This document shows positions 1-9,427 of a stretch of DNA of 64,000 nt, piece by piece. The DNA is from an uncultured Gemmatimonadota bacterium. Its GTDB lineage: Bacteria; ARS69. The stretch covers positions 3,679-67,678 of the forward strand of contig CAYYFX010000006.1 of assembly GCA_964471155.1 (NCBI GenBank). Direction: 5' to 3'. The notes below the pieces were generated by a model that searched no databases, was not told the origin of the DNA, and was given only the letters and a program-made list of their open reading frames with translations. Within the stretch, counting starts at the first letter, position 1, and each line of letters begins with the position of its first letter. The position numbers and the translations under genes were made by a program.

Positions 1-884
1 CGGAAGTCCACCCACACGTGCGTGTACTGGTGCCCGAAGAGCGGCGGGAACCCCAGGTGCTCCTGCCCGCCGAACGTCCCCCAGCGGTAGCCCTTCGTCC
101 ACGCGCCCCACGCGTCCGCGTCCGCGCGATGCACCGGCGCCGCGAGCGCGACGAGGTACAGGATCATCGCCTCGCTGTACCCGCCCCAGTCGTACGGCAG
201 GAACCCGTCCACCGGATCCCAGCCGTGCCCGATCATCGGCGCGCGCGGCGACGCCCACGCCCAGTCCGCCCGCGCGAACAGTGTGTCGGCGACCGCGCGC
301 ACCGCGGCCTCCGCGGGATCGTCCGCGTCGAAGTACGACTGGCAGAACAGCGCCCCGGCCAGGAGCAGCGCCGTGTCCACCGTGGACAGCTCCACGTCCT
401 CGAAGCGGAGCCCCGTGTCCATGTGCACGAAGTGGTAGTACAGCCCGCGGTACCCGGCGGCGCCGGACGGCGAGTCGTCCTGCGGCGCGTCCCGCAGGAA
501 CTCCAGCGTGGCCAGCGTGCGCTGCGCCGCTTCCGCCCGCGACACCCAGCCGCGCTCCGCGCCGATCGGGTACGCCGTCAGCGCGAAGCCCGTGGCCGCC
601 ACGCTGGCGAAGGACTCGGTGGGCCACCGGTCGGGCGCGAGGCCGGTGACCGGATGCGCCTGCTCCCAGAAGAAGCGGAAAGTCCGCTCTTGCAGGTCAT
701 CGAGGAACGCGGTTTCGTCGGCGGAAGCCGCGGGCGTGGCGGGCGCGGTGCCGGAGGACTCCGGCGCACGGGCGCAGCCGGCGGCGGCGACGAGCAGCGC
801 GGTGGCCGCCGCGGCCGGCGCCACGAGCCGCCCGCTGCGCTTGTCCGGCACGACACGGCTCGGCGAGACTCGGATTCGGGACAT
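1..884 (-). CDS. DUF3131 (glucoamylase-like six-hairpin) family lipoprotein. Partial: the start codon is at 884-882 and the 3' end lies beyond the window start.
   Basis: The reverse-strand translation begins MSRIRVSPSRVV...LLVAAAGCA (lipobox) and reaches ...HLGFPPLFGHQYTHVWVDFR at the window edge, which matches the DUF3131 core. The frame stays open to position 1. The supplied ORF track omits it because the stop is outside the window. Confidence 0.6.
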   Translation of the reverse strand, partial: MSRIRVSPSRVVPDKRSGRLVAPAAAATALLVAAAGCARAPESSGTAPATPAASADETAFLDDLQERTFRFFWEQAHPVTGLAPDRWPTESFASVAATGFALTAYPIGAERGWVSRAEAAQRTLATLEFLRDAPQDDSPSGAAGYRGLYYHFVHMDTGLRFEDVELSTVDTALLLAGALFCQSYFDADDPAEAAVRAVADTLFARADWAWASPRAPMIGHGWDPVDGFLPYDWGGYSEAMILYLVALAAPVHRADADAWGAWTKGYRWGTFGGQEHLGFPPLFGHQYTHVWVDF

Positions 885-953
885 GGCCGTCCAGGGCGAG
901 CGTTCGACCGCGATTCTAGGTTCCCCCCCCGCACGCGCAAAGGGATTCCTGCC

Positions 954-1886
954 GTGAAAACGAGGCCGCTGTTTTCACCGCGGGTTCTCGTGCGAATCGC
1001 CGTCTATCTCGCCGTGATCGCGGTACTCTTCGTCGTGCGCGGTCGGCGGGACCCTTCGCCGCCGCCGGACGGACGCGCGCCCGCCGACCCGGCGTTGATC
1101 GTGGCGGGCGCGTCGCTGGCGCCGCGGCTCGTGCCGGCATGGTCCGCGGCCTGGGCACGCGACTACCCGACCCCGGTGACCGCGCAGCCGGGCGGGACGA
1201 CCCACGCGCTGGAGGCGCTCCTGTCGGGACGGGCCGACGTGGCGCTCCTCACGCGCCCGCCGACGGCGGACGAGAACGCGTTCCTGCCGGGAGCGCCGGA
1301 GGACACGCTGCCGTGCTATCCGGTGGCCTATGCCGCGCTGCTCGTCCTGCAGCGCGCGGCGGGCGGGCGCACGGCCGTCTCGTGCGGGGAGCTGCGCGCG
1401 ATGCTGGACGGCCCGCCGCGGGAGGGCGAACGGCTGTGGATCGCGGACCCGAACCTCGGCTGGTGGGACGCGCTGCGCGCCTCGCTGGACCTGCCGCCCG
1501 CCCCCGGCCCGTCCGGGAGCGTGCGCTTCCTCGCGGACGCCGCGGCGGTCGGCCAGGCCACGGCGGACGACCCGGGGTCGCTCGGGGTCGTCTCCTCCCT
1601 CGCGTGGACGACGCGCCCGGACGTCATCGCGCTGCCGGTCCGGCCCGACGGCGCGGGCGCGCCGGTCGTCCCGTCGGATGCGTCCGTGGCGGAGGGCCGG
1701 TACCCGCTGGCGCATCACCTGTGGGCCGCCTGCCGGCCGGGCGCGCGCGGGGCCGCGGCCATGTTCGTCACGTACCTGACGAGCGCGCGCGGGCAGCGGC
1801 TCGTGGAGCGCGAGGGGTTTCTCCCGGCACGACGCGTGGCGCGGGAGGTATATTTGACCACCCCTTCGTCGCCGCCGTCGCCCTGA
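954..1886 (+). CDS. Periplasmic PBP-superfamily protein, PstS-like phosphate-binding fold
   Basis: GTG start at 954 with AAGGGA upstream. N-terminal TM/signal segment VLVRIAVYLAVIAVLFVV. Motifs GGTTHALEALLSGRADVALLTRP and GRYPLAHHLW resemble PstS. This is the C-terminal part of track ORF 18..1886; the upstream part of that ORF is antisense to the DUF3131 gene. Confidence 0.5.
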   Translation: MKTRPLFSPRVLVRIAVYLAVIAVLFVVRGRRDPSPPPDGRAPADPALIVAGASLAPRLVPAWSAAWARDYPTPVTAQPGGTTHALEALLSGRADVALLTRPPTADENAFLPGAPEDTLPCYPVAYAALLVLQRAAGGRTAVSCGELRAMLDGPPREGERLWIADPNLGWWDALRASLDLPPAPGPSGSVRFLADAAAVGQATADDPGSLGVVSSLAWTTRPDVIALPVRPDGAGAPVVPSDASVAEGRYPLAHHLWAACRPGARGAAAMFVTYLTSARGQRLVEREGFLPARRVAREVYLTTPSSPPSP

Positions 1887-1906
1887 GGTTCTTCCGGAGG
1901 GTCTCC

Positions 1907-3727
1907 GTGCCCGCTCGCCGCGTCGCGCTCGCCGTCCTTCTTGCCGTCCTTCTCGCCGCGGGTCTGGCCGCGTCCGCGCACGCCGCGCCGCGCACGTACG
2001 GCATCGACGAGGATCCGCTCCGCCTCGGCGCGAAGGCGCTGGAGAAGGGCGAGCTGGCGAAGGCCGCGGAGCACTTCCGCGAGGCGATCGCCGCGGAGTA
2101 CAAGGTGCCCTTCGCCACGCTCGGGCTCGCGGACGTTGCGTCGCGCGAGGGGCGCGCCGCCGAGGCGGAGACCCTGTACCGGGACGCGATCCGCGCGCGA
2201 CGCGCGGAGGGCGCGGAGCTGCCCGAAGCGAACGCGCGGCTCGGTCTGCTGCTCCTGCGCGCGGGCAACGCCCCGGAGGCCGCGGCGGAGTTCGACGCGG
2301 CCCTCGCCGCGAAGCCGGACCTCTGGGAAGCGCAGTACGGACGGGCGCGGCTCGCCCTGGATGCGGGGGACACGGCCACCGCGAATGCGCTGCTGGCGAA
2401 CGGGGCGAAACGGAAGGGCGCCGCCGAGGGGGAGGATCTGTACCACCACGGCCGCGCGCTCGTGCGCTTCGCGGAGAGGGACTTCGCCGCCGCGGAGCTG
2501 GAGGCGCGCGAGGCGATCGCGCTCGATCCCGACGTGCCGGAGTACGCGGCGCTGCTCGGCCGCATCTACGAGGCGCGCGGCACGCCGGCCATGGCCATCG
2601 ACGCCTACGAGCGGATGCTGGCCGCCCCGGGCAGCAGGCCCACCGCGCCCGTGCTGCACACGCTCGGCCGGCTGTACGCGCGGGAGTCCCGCTGGAACGA
2701 CGCGCGCGACGCGTACGTGCGCGCCGTGGAGGCGGACTCCACGTTCGGGCCCGCGCTGAAGGACCTCGCGGACGTGTTCCGGCTCGGCAAGCAGCACGAG
2801 CGCGCCGCGCGCACGTACCTTCGCTACGTGGCGGCGCATCCGGAGGACGCGGAGGCGCTGGCGGGTCTCGCGGGGTCCTACCGCGAGCTCGGGCAGGTCG
2901 GGCCCGCGTTCGAGGCGGCGGAGCGCGCCGTCGCCGTCGCCCCGGAGAGCGAGGCCGCGCGCAAGGAGCTGGTCCGCGCCGGCGTGCGTTCCCCGGACCC
3001 CGCGCAGCGCGCGCGCGCCGTGGAGACGGCGGCCGGCCTGCCGGACTCCACCGCGTGGGACGCCGCCGATCTCACCGCGCTCGCGTCCGCGCAGATGGAC
3101 GCCCAGGCGAACGACGCCGCGCGCGCCAGCCTGGAGCGTGCGCTCGCCGCCGAGCCGGAATCCGCGGACGCGTGGTACCACCTCGGCCTGCTCGAGATGC
3201 GGGAGAGCCGTCCGGACTCCGCGGTCGCCGCGCTGCAGCGCGCGGCGGCGGCCCGCGCGGACTCCCCGCTCATCCATCTGAACCTCGGGATCGCGCTGTA
3301 CCAGGCCCGCCGCCTCGGGGACGCCATCCCGTCCTTCCGCGCCGCGCTCGCGCTGCGCCCGGAGCTCACCGCCGGCCGCCTCCTCCTGGCGCAGGCGCTG
3401 GCCGCGTCGGACTCCCTCCGCTCCGCCGAGGCGGAGTACGGGCAGGTGCTCGCCGCGGAGCCGGGGAACGCGAAGGCGCTGCGCGGGCTGGGCTTCTGCC
3501 GCATCCGGCGCGCGGACTATCGCGGCGCGGCCGACGCGTACGAGGCCGCCGCGCGCGCCGAGCCGGGCAACGCGGACGCGTGGGCGGGGCTGGGCAACGC
3601 GCGGCTGGGGCTGCAGGATTGGGACGGTGCCGAGCAGGCGTTCGGCCGGGCGAAGGCCATCGATCCGTCGAATCCCACGCTGGTCAAGGGCATGGAACTG
3701 CTGGAGAAGTCGAAAGGCTCCGGATGA
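1907..3727 (+). CDS. Secreted tetratricopeptide (TPR) repeat protein
   Basis: GTG at 1907 lies 6 nt after GGAGG. Signal peptide MPARRVALAVLLAVLLAAGLAASAHA. Many A/L/E-rich 34-residue repeats (AWYHLGLLEMRE, AKALRGLGFCRIRRADYRGA). In the frame of track ORF 1139..3727. Confidence 0.8.
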   Translation: MPARRVALAVLLAVLLAAGLAASAHAAPRTYGIDEDPLRLGAKALEKGELAKAAEHFREAIAAEYKVPFATLGLADVASREGRAAEAETLYRDAIRARRAEGAELPEANARLGLLLLRAGNAPEAAAEFDAALAAKPDLWEAQYGRARLALDAGDTATANALLANGAKRKGAAEGEDLYHHGRALVRFAERDFAAAELEAREAIALDPDVPEYAALLGRIYEARGTPAMAIDAYERMLAAPGSRPTAPVLHTLGRLYARESRWNDARDAYVRAVEADSTFGPALKDLADVFRLGKQHERAARTYLRYVAAHPEDAEALAGLAGSYRELGQVGPAFEAAERAVAVAPESEAARKELVRAGVRSPDPAQRARAVETAAGLPDSTAWDAADLTALASAQMDAQANDAARASLERALAAEPESADAWYHLGLLEMRESRPDSAVAALQRAAAARADSPLIHLNLGIALYQARRLGDAIPSFRAALALRPELTAGRLLLAQALAASDSLRSAEAEYGQVLAAEPGNAKALRGLGFCRIRRADYRGAADAYEAAARAEPGNADAWAGLGNARLGLQDWDGAEQAFGRAKAIDPSNPTLVKGMELLEKSKGSG

Positions 3728-3794
3728 GGCGTCCTCCCACGACGCGGCTCGCCGGGCGGAACATCGCGCAGGACCACGAGAGGAGTCTGTCCGC

Positions 3795-4511
3795 ATGAAG
3801 AGCTGGGTGCTCGTCCCGATCTTCCTGGTGTCGCTGGCCGTGTCCTGGCTGATCTGGGACAACTCGCCCGAGTACATCAAGCAGGGCGGGCCGCTGCTGG
3901 TGCTCGGCCTCACCTGCTTCTTCCTCGTGATCACGTTCTGCGTGGAGCGGCTCGTGGTGCTGTGGCGCGCCGGCGGCCGCGGCAGCGTGTCGTCCTTCGT
4001 GCGCAACCTGAAGGACTCGGTGACCGGCGGCGAGCTCGCGACCGCCATCGAGGCGTGCAAGCGGCAGGGCGGCAGCCTCGCGAACATCGTGGGCGCGGGG
4101 CTCTCGCGGTACCACCTGCTGGAGCGGGCCGGCGCGAACGGCAAGGAGAGGATCGAGGAGACGCGCCGGGCCATCGCCGAGGCGAGCGCGCTGGAGACGC
4201 CGCACCTGGAGCGGAACCTCACCGCGCTGTCCACGCTCGCGTCCATCGCCACCCTGCTGGGCCTGCTGGGCACCACGATCGGAATGATCCGCTCGTTCCG
4301 TGCCATGTCGCACGCGGGCGCGCCGGACGCCACGCAGCTCGCGCTCGGCATCTCCGAGGCGCTCGTGAACACGGCGCTCGGCCTCACCACCGCCATCCTC
4401 GGCACCGTGCTCTACAACTACTTCACCACGCGCGTGGACGGGTTCTACAACCGCACCGAGGAGACCGCCTACGAGGTCGTGCAGCTCCTCGAGCACCGCA
4501 AGGGGGCGTGA
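3795..4511 (+). CDS. exbB: MotA/TolQ/ExbB proton-channel family protein
   Basis: ATG at 3795, 9 nt after AGGAG. Three TM segments and the conserved motif LSTLASIATLLGLLGTTIGMIRSF. Confidence 0.85.
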   Translation: MKSWVLVPIFLVSLAVSWLIWDNSPEYIKQGGPLLVLGLTCFFLVITFCVERLVVLWRAGGRGSVSSFVRNLKDSVTGGELATAIEACKRQGGSLANIVGAGLSRYHLLERAGANGKERIEETRRAIAEASALETPHLERNLTALSTLASIATLLGLLGTTIGMIRSFRAMSHAGAPDATQLALGISEALVNTALGLTTAILGTVLYNYFTTRVDGFYNRTEETAYEVVQLLEHRKGA

Positions 4512-4514
4512 CCC

Positions 4515-4979
4515 GTGGCCGGCGCGAGGCCGCGCGCGGGCGTCCGCATCGACATGACCGCCATGGTGGACGTGGCGTTCCTGCTGCTCATCTTCTTCAT
4601 GTCCACCACGCAGTTCCGCCCGCCGGAGCAGGTGTCCGTCACGCTGCCGCTGTCGGACTCCGAGATCCACGTGCCGGAGACCTCCACCATCGTGATCACG
4701 GTGAACAAGGAGGGACGCGTGTACATCTCCAGCGAGAAGGGAACGGATGCCGTGGAGGTGGACGCGGCGAACGCGCTCGACGCGGTGGTGACCTGGCGGA
4801 GGCGGAACCCGGCGGCCGTGGTGGTGGTGAAAGGGGACAAGGACGCGTCCTTCGGCGTGATCTCGGACGTGATGAACACGCTGGCCGAGGCGAAGACCCC
4901 GCGCTTCAACCTGATGACCGACCTCCGGCGCAAGCCGCTCGGCTCGGCGGACGCGGGTCCGGGAGGCGGCAATGGCTGA
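4515..4979 (+). CDS. exbD: Biopolymer transport protein ExbD/TolR
   Basis: IDMTAMVDVAFLLLIFFM matches the ExbD signature (I-N/D-x-T-P-x-x-D-V-x-L-V-L-L-x-F-F). GTG start 3 nt after the exbB stop. Confidence 0.85.
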   Translation: MAGARPRAGVRIDMTAMVDVAFLLLIFFMSTTQFRPPEQVSVTLPLSDSEIHVPETSTIVITVNKEGRVYISSEKGTDAVEVDAANALDAVVTWRRRNPAAVVVVKGDKDASFGVISDVMNTLAEAKTPRFNLMTDLRRKPLGSADAGPGGGNG

Positions 4980-5469
4980 CGTGCAGGTCGCCGATCGCGG
5001 GAAGCGAGGATCCTCCGGGCTCGGCACGCGCCGCCCGAAGCGCCGCGTGGGCATCCGTATCGACATGACGCCCATGGTGGACGTGGCGTTCCTCCTGCTG
5101 ATCTTCTTCATGGTCACCACGGTCTTCCGCCGCCCGCTCGCGATGGAAGTGAACATGCCGGATCCGGACGCGAAGGTGGAGGTGCCGGAGTCCAAGGTGA
5201 TGACCGTGTACGTGGACGCGGACGACACCATGCGCGCCCGGCTCGGCACCGGGGACCTCGTGGAGATGGACTGGAACGGGCTGTTCCGCGCCTTCGCCGA
5301 GAACACCATGACGCACCCCGATCTCATCGTGCTCGTGAAGGTGCACCGCGACGCGCGCTACGAGATGATGGTGAACATGATGGACGCGCTGGAGGAGGCG
5401 AAGATGGAGCGCTTCAGCGTCGTCGAGATGCAGGAGAAGGACCTGGAGCTCCTGCGGGGGAACGGCTGA
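4972..5469 (+). CDS. exbD: Second ExbD/TolR paralog
   Basis: IDMTPMVDVAFLLLIFFMVTTVF. Its start overlaps the previous stop (ATGGCTGA). Confidence 0.85.
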   Translation: MADVQVADRGKRGSSGLGTRRPKRRVGIRIDMTPMVDVAFLLLIFFMVTTVFRRPLAMEVNMPDPDAKVEVPESKVMTVYVDADDTMRARLGTGDLVEMDWNGLFRAFAENTMTHPDLIVLVKVHRDARYEMMVNMMDALEEAKMERFSVVEMQEKDLELLRGNG

Positions 5470-6227
5470 TGGCCCGCGACACCATGCACATCCCGTGGGC
5501 GTTCTCCCTCGCGCAGGCGCCGGCCCTGCCGCTCACCGGCGAGGACCATCCGCTGCGGCGCGAGCTGGCGCGATGGCTGGTGTGGGCGTGCGGCGTCACG
5601 CTGGCGCTCGCGCTGGCGGCGTTCGCCACATGGTACTTCTGGAGCCGCGCGAAGCCGGAGGCGCCGGTGGAGCGGCGCGTGCAGATCGTCCGCTACACGG
5701 ACCTCGGCGTGCCGCCGTCCATCGCGCGGCCCGCCGTGCCTCAGATGGCCATCGCGCAGGCGGTGGCGCCGCCCGCCATCGGCATCCCGGAGCCCGTGAA
5801 GGACGAGATCGCGCCGCAGCAGACCATCGCCACGCAGGAGGAGATCCAGGAGGCGCTGGCGCCCATCACCGCCACGGACCTCGGACTGAGCGGCGGGGAC
5901 TCCCTGGTCGTGGACATCGACGTGGACACGAGCCCCTCCCCGGACGAGTTCGTGGCCGTGGACGAGCAGCCCGTGCGCCTGCGCATCGACCCGCCCGTCT
6001 ACCCGGACGTGGCCCGCTCCGCCGGCATCGAGGGCACCGTGCTGGTGCGCGTGCTCGTGGACAAGGAGGGCAAGGTGAAGGACGTGATCGTCATCGAGCC
6101 CATCCCGCTGCTGGAGGAGGCCGCGGTGAAGTGCGCGCGGACGGCGGTGTTCCGCCCGGCCATCTCGCAGGGGCGGCCCGTGGAGGTGTGGGTCGTGATG
6201 CCGGTGACGTTCAAGCTGTTCGACTAG
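5469..6227 (+). CDS. tonB: TonB-family energy transducer (C-terminal TonB domain)
   Basis: ATG overlaps the exbD stop by 1 nt (TGATGG). One N-terminal TM segment. The C-terminus VRLRIDPPVYPDVARSAGIEGTVLVRVLVDKEGKVKDVIVIE is a TonB_C motif. Confidence 0.75.
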   Translation: MARDTMHIPWAFSLAQAPALPLTGEDHPLRRELARWLVWACGVTLALALAAFATWYFWSRAKPEAPVERRVQIVRYTDLGVPPSIARPAVPQMAIAQAVAPPAIGIPEPVKDEIAPQQTIATQEEIQEALAPITATDLGLSGGDSLVVDIDVDTSPSPDEFVAVDEQPVRLRIDPPVYPDVARSAGIEGTVLVRVLVDKEGKVKDVIVIEPIPLLEEAAVKCARTAVFRPAISQGRPVEVWVVMPVTFKLFD

Positions 6228-6310
6228 GAGCGGGCCCTCAACGCCCGTCCCGCTCGCCTTCCGGCGGTTCTCCCGCTCGAGGCACGACCAGGACGTCGTG
6301 GAGCGAGCGC

Positions 6311-6940
6311 TCACTCATGGTCCCGGAAATGCCCCTTGATCACGCCCCAGGTCGACTCCTCCGTCGACACGACGCCGTTCGTCTCGACGCGGAAGTTGTC
6401 GAAGAAGACGTCGAACACGGGGCTGATGTGGTCCTCGACGATCAGGAGGATCCGATCGTCCGACGGCGTGAAGAACGCGTACGGGTCGAACGTGACGGTG
6501 TAGGTGTGCCACACCCCGTCGTCGACCAGGATGGGGTCGGCGCCGCTGATCGGGTCCGTGCCCACCAACCACCGCCCCACGATGGGCACCGCGGTCTCGT
6601 CCGCGTAGCCGACGAACCCCCCATGGCTGCCGGGGATGGTCCCGGCCACCGGCAAGCCCAGGTAGTCGAAGGAGAGCGTGATCATCTCTCCTGCCGAGAC
6701 CGGGAACTCGACGCTGAAGATGTCCCCGAAGCCGGTCGTCTGGGCGAACGTCACGACGCCGTTCGACGGGTCCAGCGGGTCGGCGACGATGACGCCGGAG
6801 TGGGCGCCGTTGCTCTTCCCGGTCCACTGCGCCAGGGTACCCTGGAAGTCCTCGCTGAAGAGAACCACCTGGGAGACGGTCGACTGGGGGACTCCCATGA
6901 TTGCCGCCAGCGCGATTGCGGGAAGCCAAGCCTTGTGCAT
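6311..6940 (-). CDS. Secreted hypothetical protein with C-terminal STWGVIKGHFR motif
   Basis: ATG at 6940-6938 is preceded by AAGGAGG. Signal peptide MHKAWLPAIALAAIMGVPQ. Its C-terminal decapeptide is shared with the beta-helix protein at 39538..41028. Confidence 0.6.
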   Translation of the reverse strand: MHKAWLPAIALAAIMGVPQSTVSQVVLFSEDFQGTLAQWTGKSNGAHSGVIVADPLDPSNGVVTFAQTTGFGDIFSVEFPVSAGEMITLSFDYLGLPVAGTIPGSHGGFVGYADETAVPIVGRWLVGTDPISGADPILVDDGVWHTYTVTFDPYAFFTPSDDRILLIVEDHISPVFDVFFDNFRVETNGVVSTEESTWGVIKGHFRDHE

Positions 6941-7062
6941 GATGCCTCCTTCGAGCGCCCTGCGCCCCGCACTCCGGCGCCCCGGAAATGGGGCCATCCG
7001 GCGCGTCGCCGATGCAACCCCGCCCCGTTGCCGCGCCCCTCCCGCAGGTCTACACTCCCGCC

Positions 7063-8484
7063 ATGATCCCAATGACGCACTACGCCTCCCGGCGCCGCGA
7101 GCTGCTGGGCCTGCTCCGCACCCCCGCGCTGCTCTGCGGCGGCGGGGAGATCGCGCGCAACGGCCCCTTCAACACGTACCCCGACCGCTTCGACAGCAAC
7201 TTCCTCCTGCTCTTCCCGCCGCTGGAGCCGGACGCGTGCGCGTTCCTGGATCCGGATGACGGCCGCGTCACGCTGTTCCTGCACGAGCGCACCGAGGTGG
7301 ACGCGCTGTGGATGGGCCCGCGCCCGTCCTTCGCGGAGCTGCGCGAACGGCTCGGCGTGGACGACATCCGCCCGGTGGAGAAGCTCGAGGCGGAAGTCGA
7401 AGCCCTGCGCCGGGGCCGCGAGCTACACTCGGTGGCCGTGTCGGACGCGCGCACCACGGAGTGCATCCGCCGCATCACGGGCCTCGCGCTGGACTTCCAC
7501 GATCCGGAGAGGATCGCCTCCCCGCCGCTCCGCGACGCGCTCGCGAAGCTGCGCCTGCACAAGGCGCCGCCCGAGATCGCGGAGATGCGCCGCGCCGCCG
7601 GCATCACGCGGGAGGCGTTTGCCGCCACGCTGGCCGCCACGCGGCCCGGCGTCACCGAGCGCGAGCTCGCGGCCATCCTGGAGTCCGTGTACGCGCGCCA
7701 CGGCGCCACCTGGTGCTACCCCACCATCCTCTCCGTGCGCGGCGAGGTCCTGCACAACCAACACCACGACGGCACGCTCGCGGACGGCGACCTCCTCCTC
7801 GTGGACGCCGGCGCGGAGGTGGACACGGGCTGGGGCTCGGACGTCACGCGCGCCTGGCCGGCGAACGGCCGCTTCGACCCCGAGCAGCGCGCCGTCTACG
7901 CCGCCGTGCTCGCCGCGCAGAAGGCCGCCATCGCCGTCGCCCGCAAGGGCGTCCGCTGGCTCGAGGTGCACCTGGCCGCCACCCGCGTGGCCGCCGAGGG
8001 CCTGCGCGAACTGGGGCTCCTGAAGCAGCCGGTGGAGGCGTGCGTGGAGAGCGGCGCCGCCGCGGTCTTCTTCCCGCACGGCGTGGGTCACCAGCTCGGC
8101 CTGGACGTGCACGACCTCCGCACGTTCGGCGACGCCGTCCTCTACGCGCCCGGCCGCACGCGCAGCACGCAGCCCGGCCTGTCCTTCCTGCGCATGGACC
8201 TGGACCTCGCGCCCGGGATGGTGGTCACGGTGGAGCCCGGCATCTACTTCGTACCGGCCATGCTGCGCGCGCCCGATCGCCGCGCGAAGTTCGCGGACTT
8301 CGTGGACTTCGACCGCGCGGAGCGCTTCCTCGCGCGCAACGGCGGCCGCGGCTTCGGCGGCATCCGCATCGAGGACAACGTGCTCGTCACGGACGGCGAC
8401 CCCGAGATCCTCACGCCGGGCATCCCGAAGGAGATCGACGACGTGGAGGCGGCCATCGCCGCCGGCGTGCTCGCCGCGCGATGA
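7063..8484 (+). CDS. M24-family Xaa-Pro aminopeptidase / prolidase
   Basis: Metal-ligand motifs of the pita-bread fold: DLLLVDAGAEVD, HGVGHQLGLDVHD, VVTVEPGIYF, GGIRIEDNVLVT. Confidence 0.85.
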   Translation: MIPMTHYASRRRELLGLLRTPALLCGGGEIARNGPFNTYPDRFDSNFLLLFPPLEPDACAFLDPDDGRVTLFLHERTEVDALWMGPRPSFAELRERLGVDDIRPVEKLEAEVEALRRGRELHSVAVSDARTTECIRRITGLALDFHDPERIASPPLRDALAKLRLHKAPPEIAEMRRAAGITREAFAATLAATRPGVTERELAAILESVYARHGATWCYPTILSVRGEVLHNQHHDGTLADGDLLLVDAGAEVDTGWGSDVTRAWPANGRFDPEQRAVYAAVLAAQKAAIAVARKGVRWLEVHLAATRVAAEGLRELGLLKQPVEACVESGAAAVFFPHGVGHQLGLDVHDLRTFGDAVLYAPGRTRSTQPGLSFLRMDLDLAPGMVVTVEPGIYFVPAMLRAPDRRAKFADFVDFDRAERFLARNGGRGFGGIRIEDNVLVTDGDPEILTPGIPKEIDDVEAAIAAGVLAAR

Positions 8485-9332
8485 CCGTCCCGCACCGCCC
8501 CTTCGGCGCCACCGGCCGCGACGTCCCCGTGGTGGGGCTCGGCACGTGGAAAATGGAGCGCGACGACCGCGCGCGCGCCGTCGCCGCGGTGCATGCCGCC
8601 CTCGACGCGGGCATGACCCACGTGGACACCGCCGAGCTGTACGGCGACGGCAAGGTGGAGTCGCTCCTGGGCGAAGCGCTCGCGGGCCGGCGCGACGAGG
8701 TCTTCCTCGTGAGCAAGGTCCGTCCGGACCGCGCATCGCGGCAGGGCACGCTCCGTTCGTGCGAGGCGTCGCTCGCGCGGCTGCGGACGGACCGGCTGGA
8801 CTGCTACCTCCTGCACTGGCAGGGCCCGCACCCGCTGGAGGACACGATCGCGGCGTTCGAGGAGCTGCGCGCCGCGGGCAGGATCCTGTCCTACGGCGTC
8901 AGCAACTTCGACGAGGTCGGCCTCGCGGAGGCCGTCCGCATCGCCGGCCCCGGCCGGATCGCCTGCAACCAGGTCCTCTACCACCTCGGCGAGCGCTCCA
9001 TCGAGCACGCCGTGCTCCCGGCGTGCGAGGCGGCCGGCGTGGCGGTGGTGGGCTACACGCCCTTCGACGCCGGAGGCGTCCCGGCCCCCGGCTCCGCGCA
9101 GGACCGCGTCCTGCGGGAGGTCGCCGCCCGGCACGGCGCCACGCCCCGGCAGGTCATCCTGGCCTTCCTCGTGCGCCACCCCTCGGTGTTCGCGATTCCG
9201 AAGACCGCGGACCCGGACCACGTGCGCGAGAACGGCGCCGCGGCCGCCCTGGGCCTCACGGCCGCCGACCGCGAGGCGCTCGACCGGTCCTTCCCGCGCG
9301 GGCCCCGCCGCTCCGGGGTGGCGACGCTGTAA
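8481..9332 (+). CDS. Aldo/keto reductase
   Basis: ATGA overlap with the upstream stop. AKR motifs: GLGTWKM, HVDTAELYG, SKV (catalytic K), LDCYLLHW, ILSYGVSNF, IPKT. Confidence 0.85.
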   Translation: MTVPHRPFGATGRDVPVVGLGTWKMERDDRARAVAAVHAALDAGMTHVDTAELYGDGKVESLLGEALAGRRDEVFLVSKVRPDRASRQGTLRSCEASLARLRTDRLDCYLLHWQGPHPLEDTIAAFEELRAAGRILSYGVSNFDEVGLAEAVRIAGPGRIACNQVLYHLGERSIEHAVLPACEAAGVAVVGYTPFDAGGVPAPGSAQDRVLREVAARHGATPRQVILAFLVRHPSVFAIPKTADPDHVRENGAAAALGLTAADREALDRSFPRGPRRSGVATL

Positions 9333-9427
9333 CCCCCGGTCGAATCGCGGGTTGTCGCCGCTCCGCTCAACTCCGAAGCCGGTCCCGCCGAAAAGGGGAT
9401 CAGGACCCGTCCGGAGGAACCGCTCCC

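Noticed and set aside
1715-4405. Long antisense or alternate-frame ORFs throughout the track (for example 1715..4405-, 22974..28688+, 24748..28770-, 34858..39342+, 56400..59975+, 45869..48277+)
   Set aside because: Their translations are Arg/Pro/Gly/Ala-rich and low-complexity, and they overlap well-supported genes on the other strand or frame. They come from stop-codon depletion at ~70% GC. Only the last 160 nt of 34858..39342 (the higA remnant) looks genuine.
5358-6314. 318-aa ORF antisense to tonB
   Set aside because: His/Arg/Gly-rich with no family resemblance. tonB on the + strand has strong motif and operon support.
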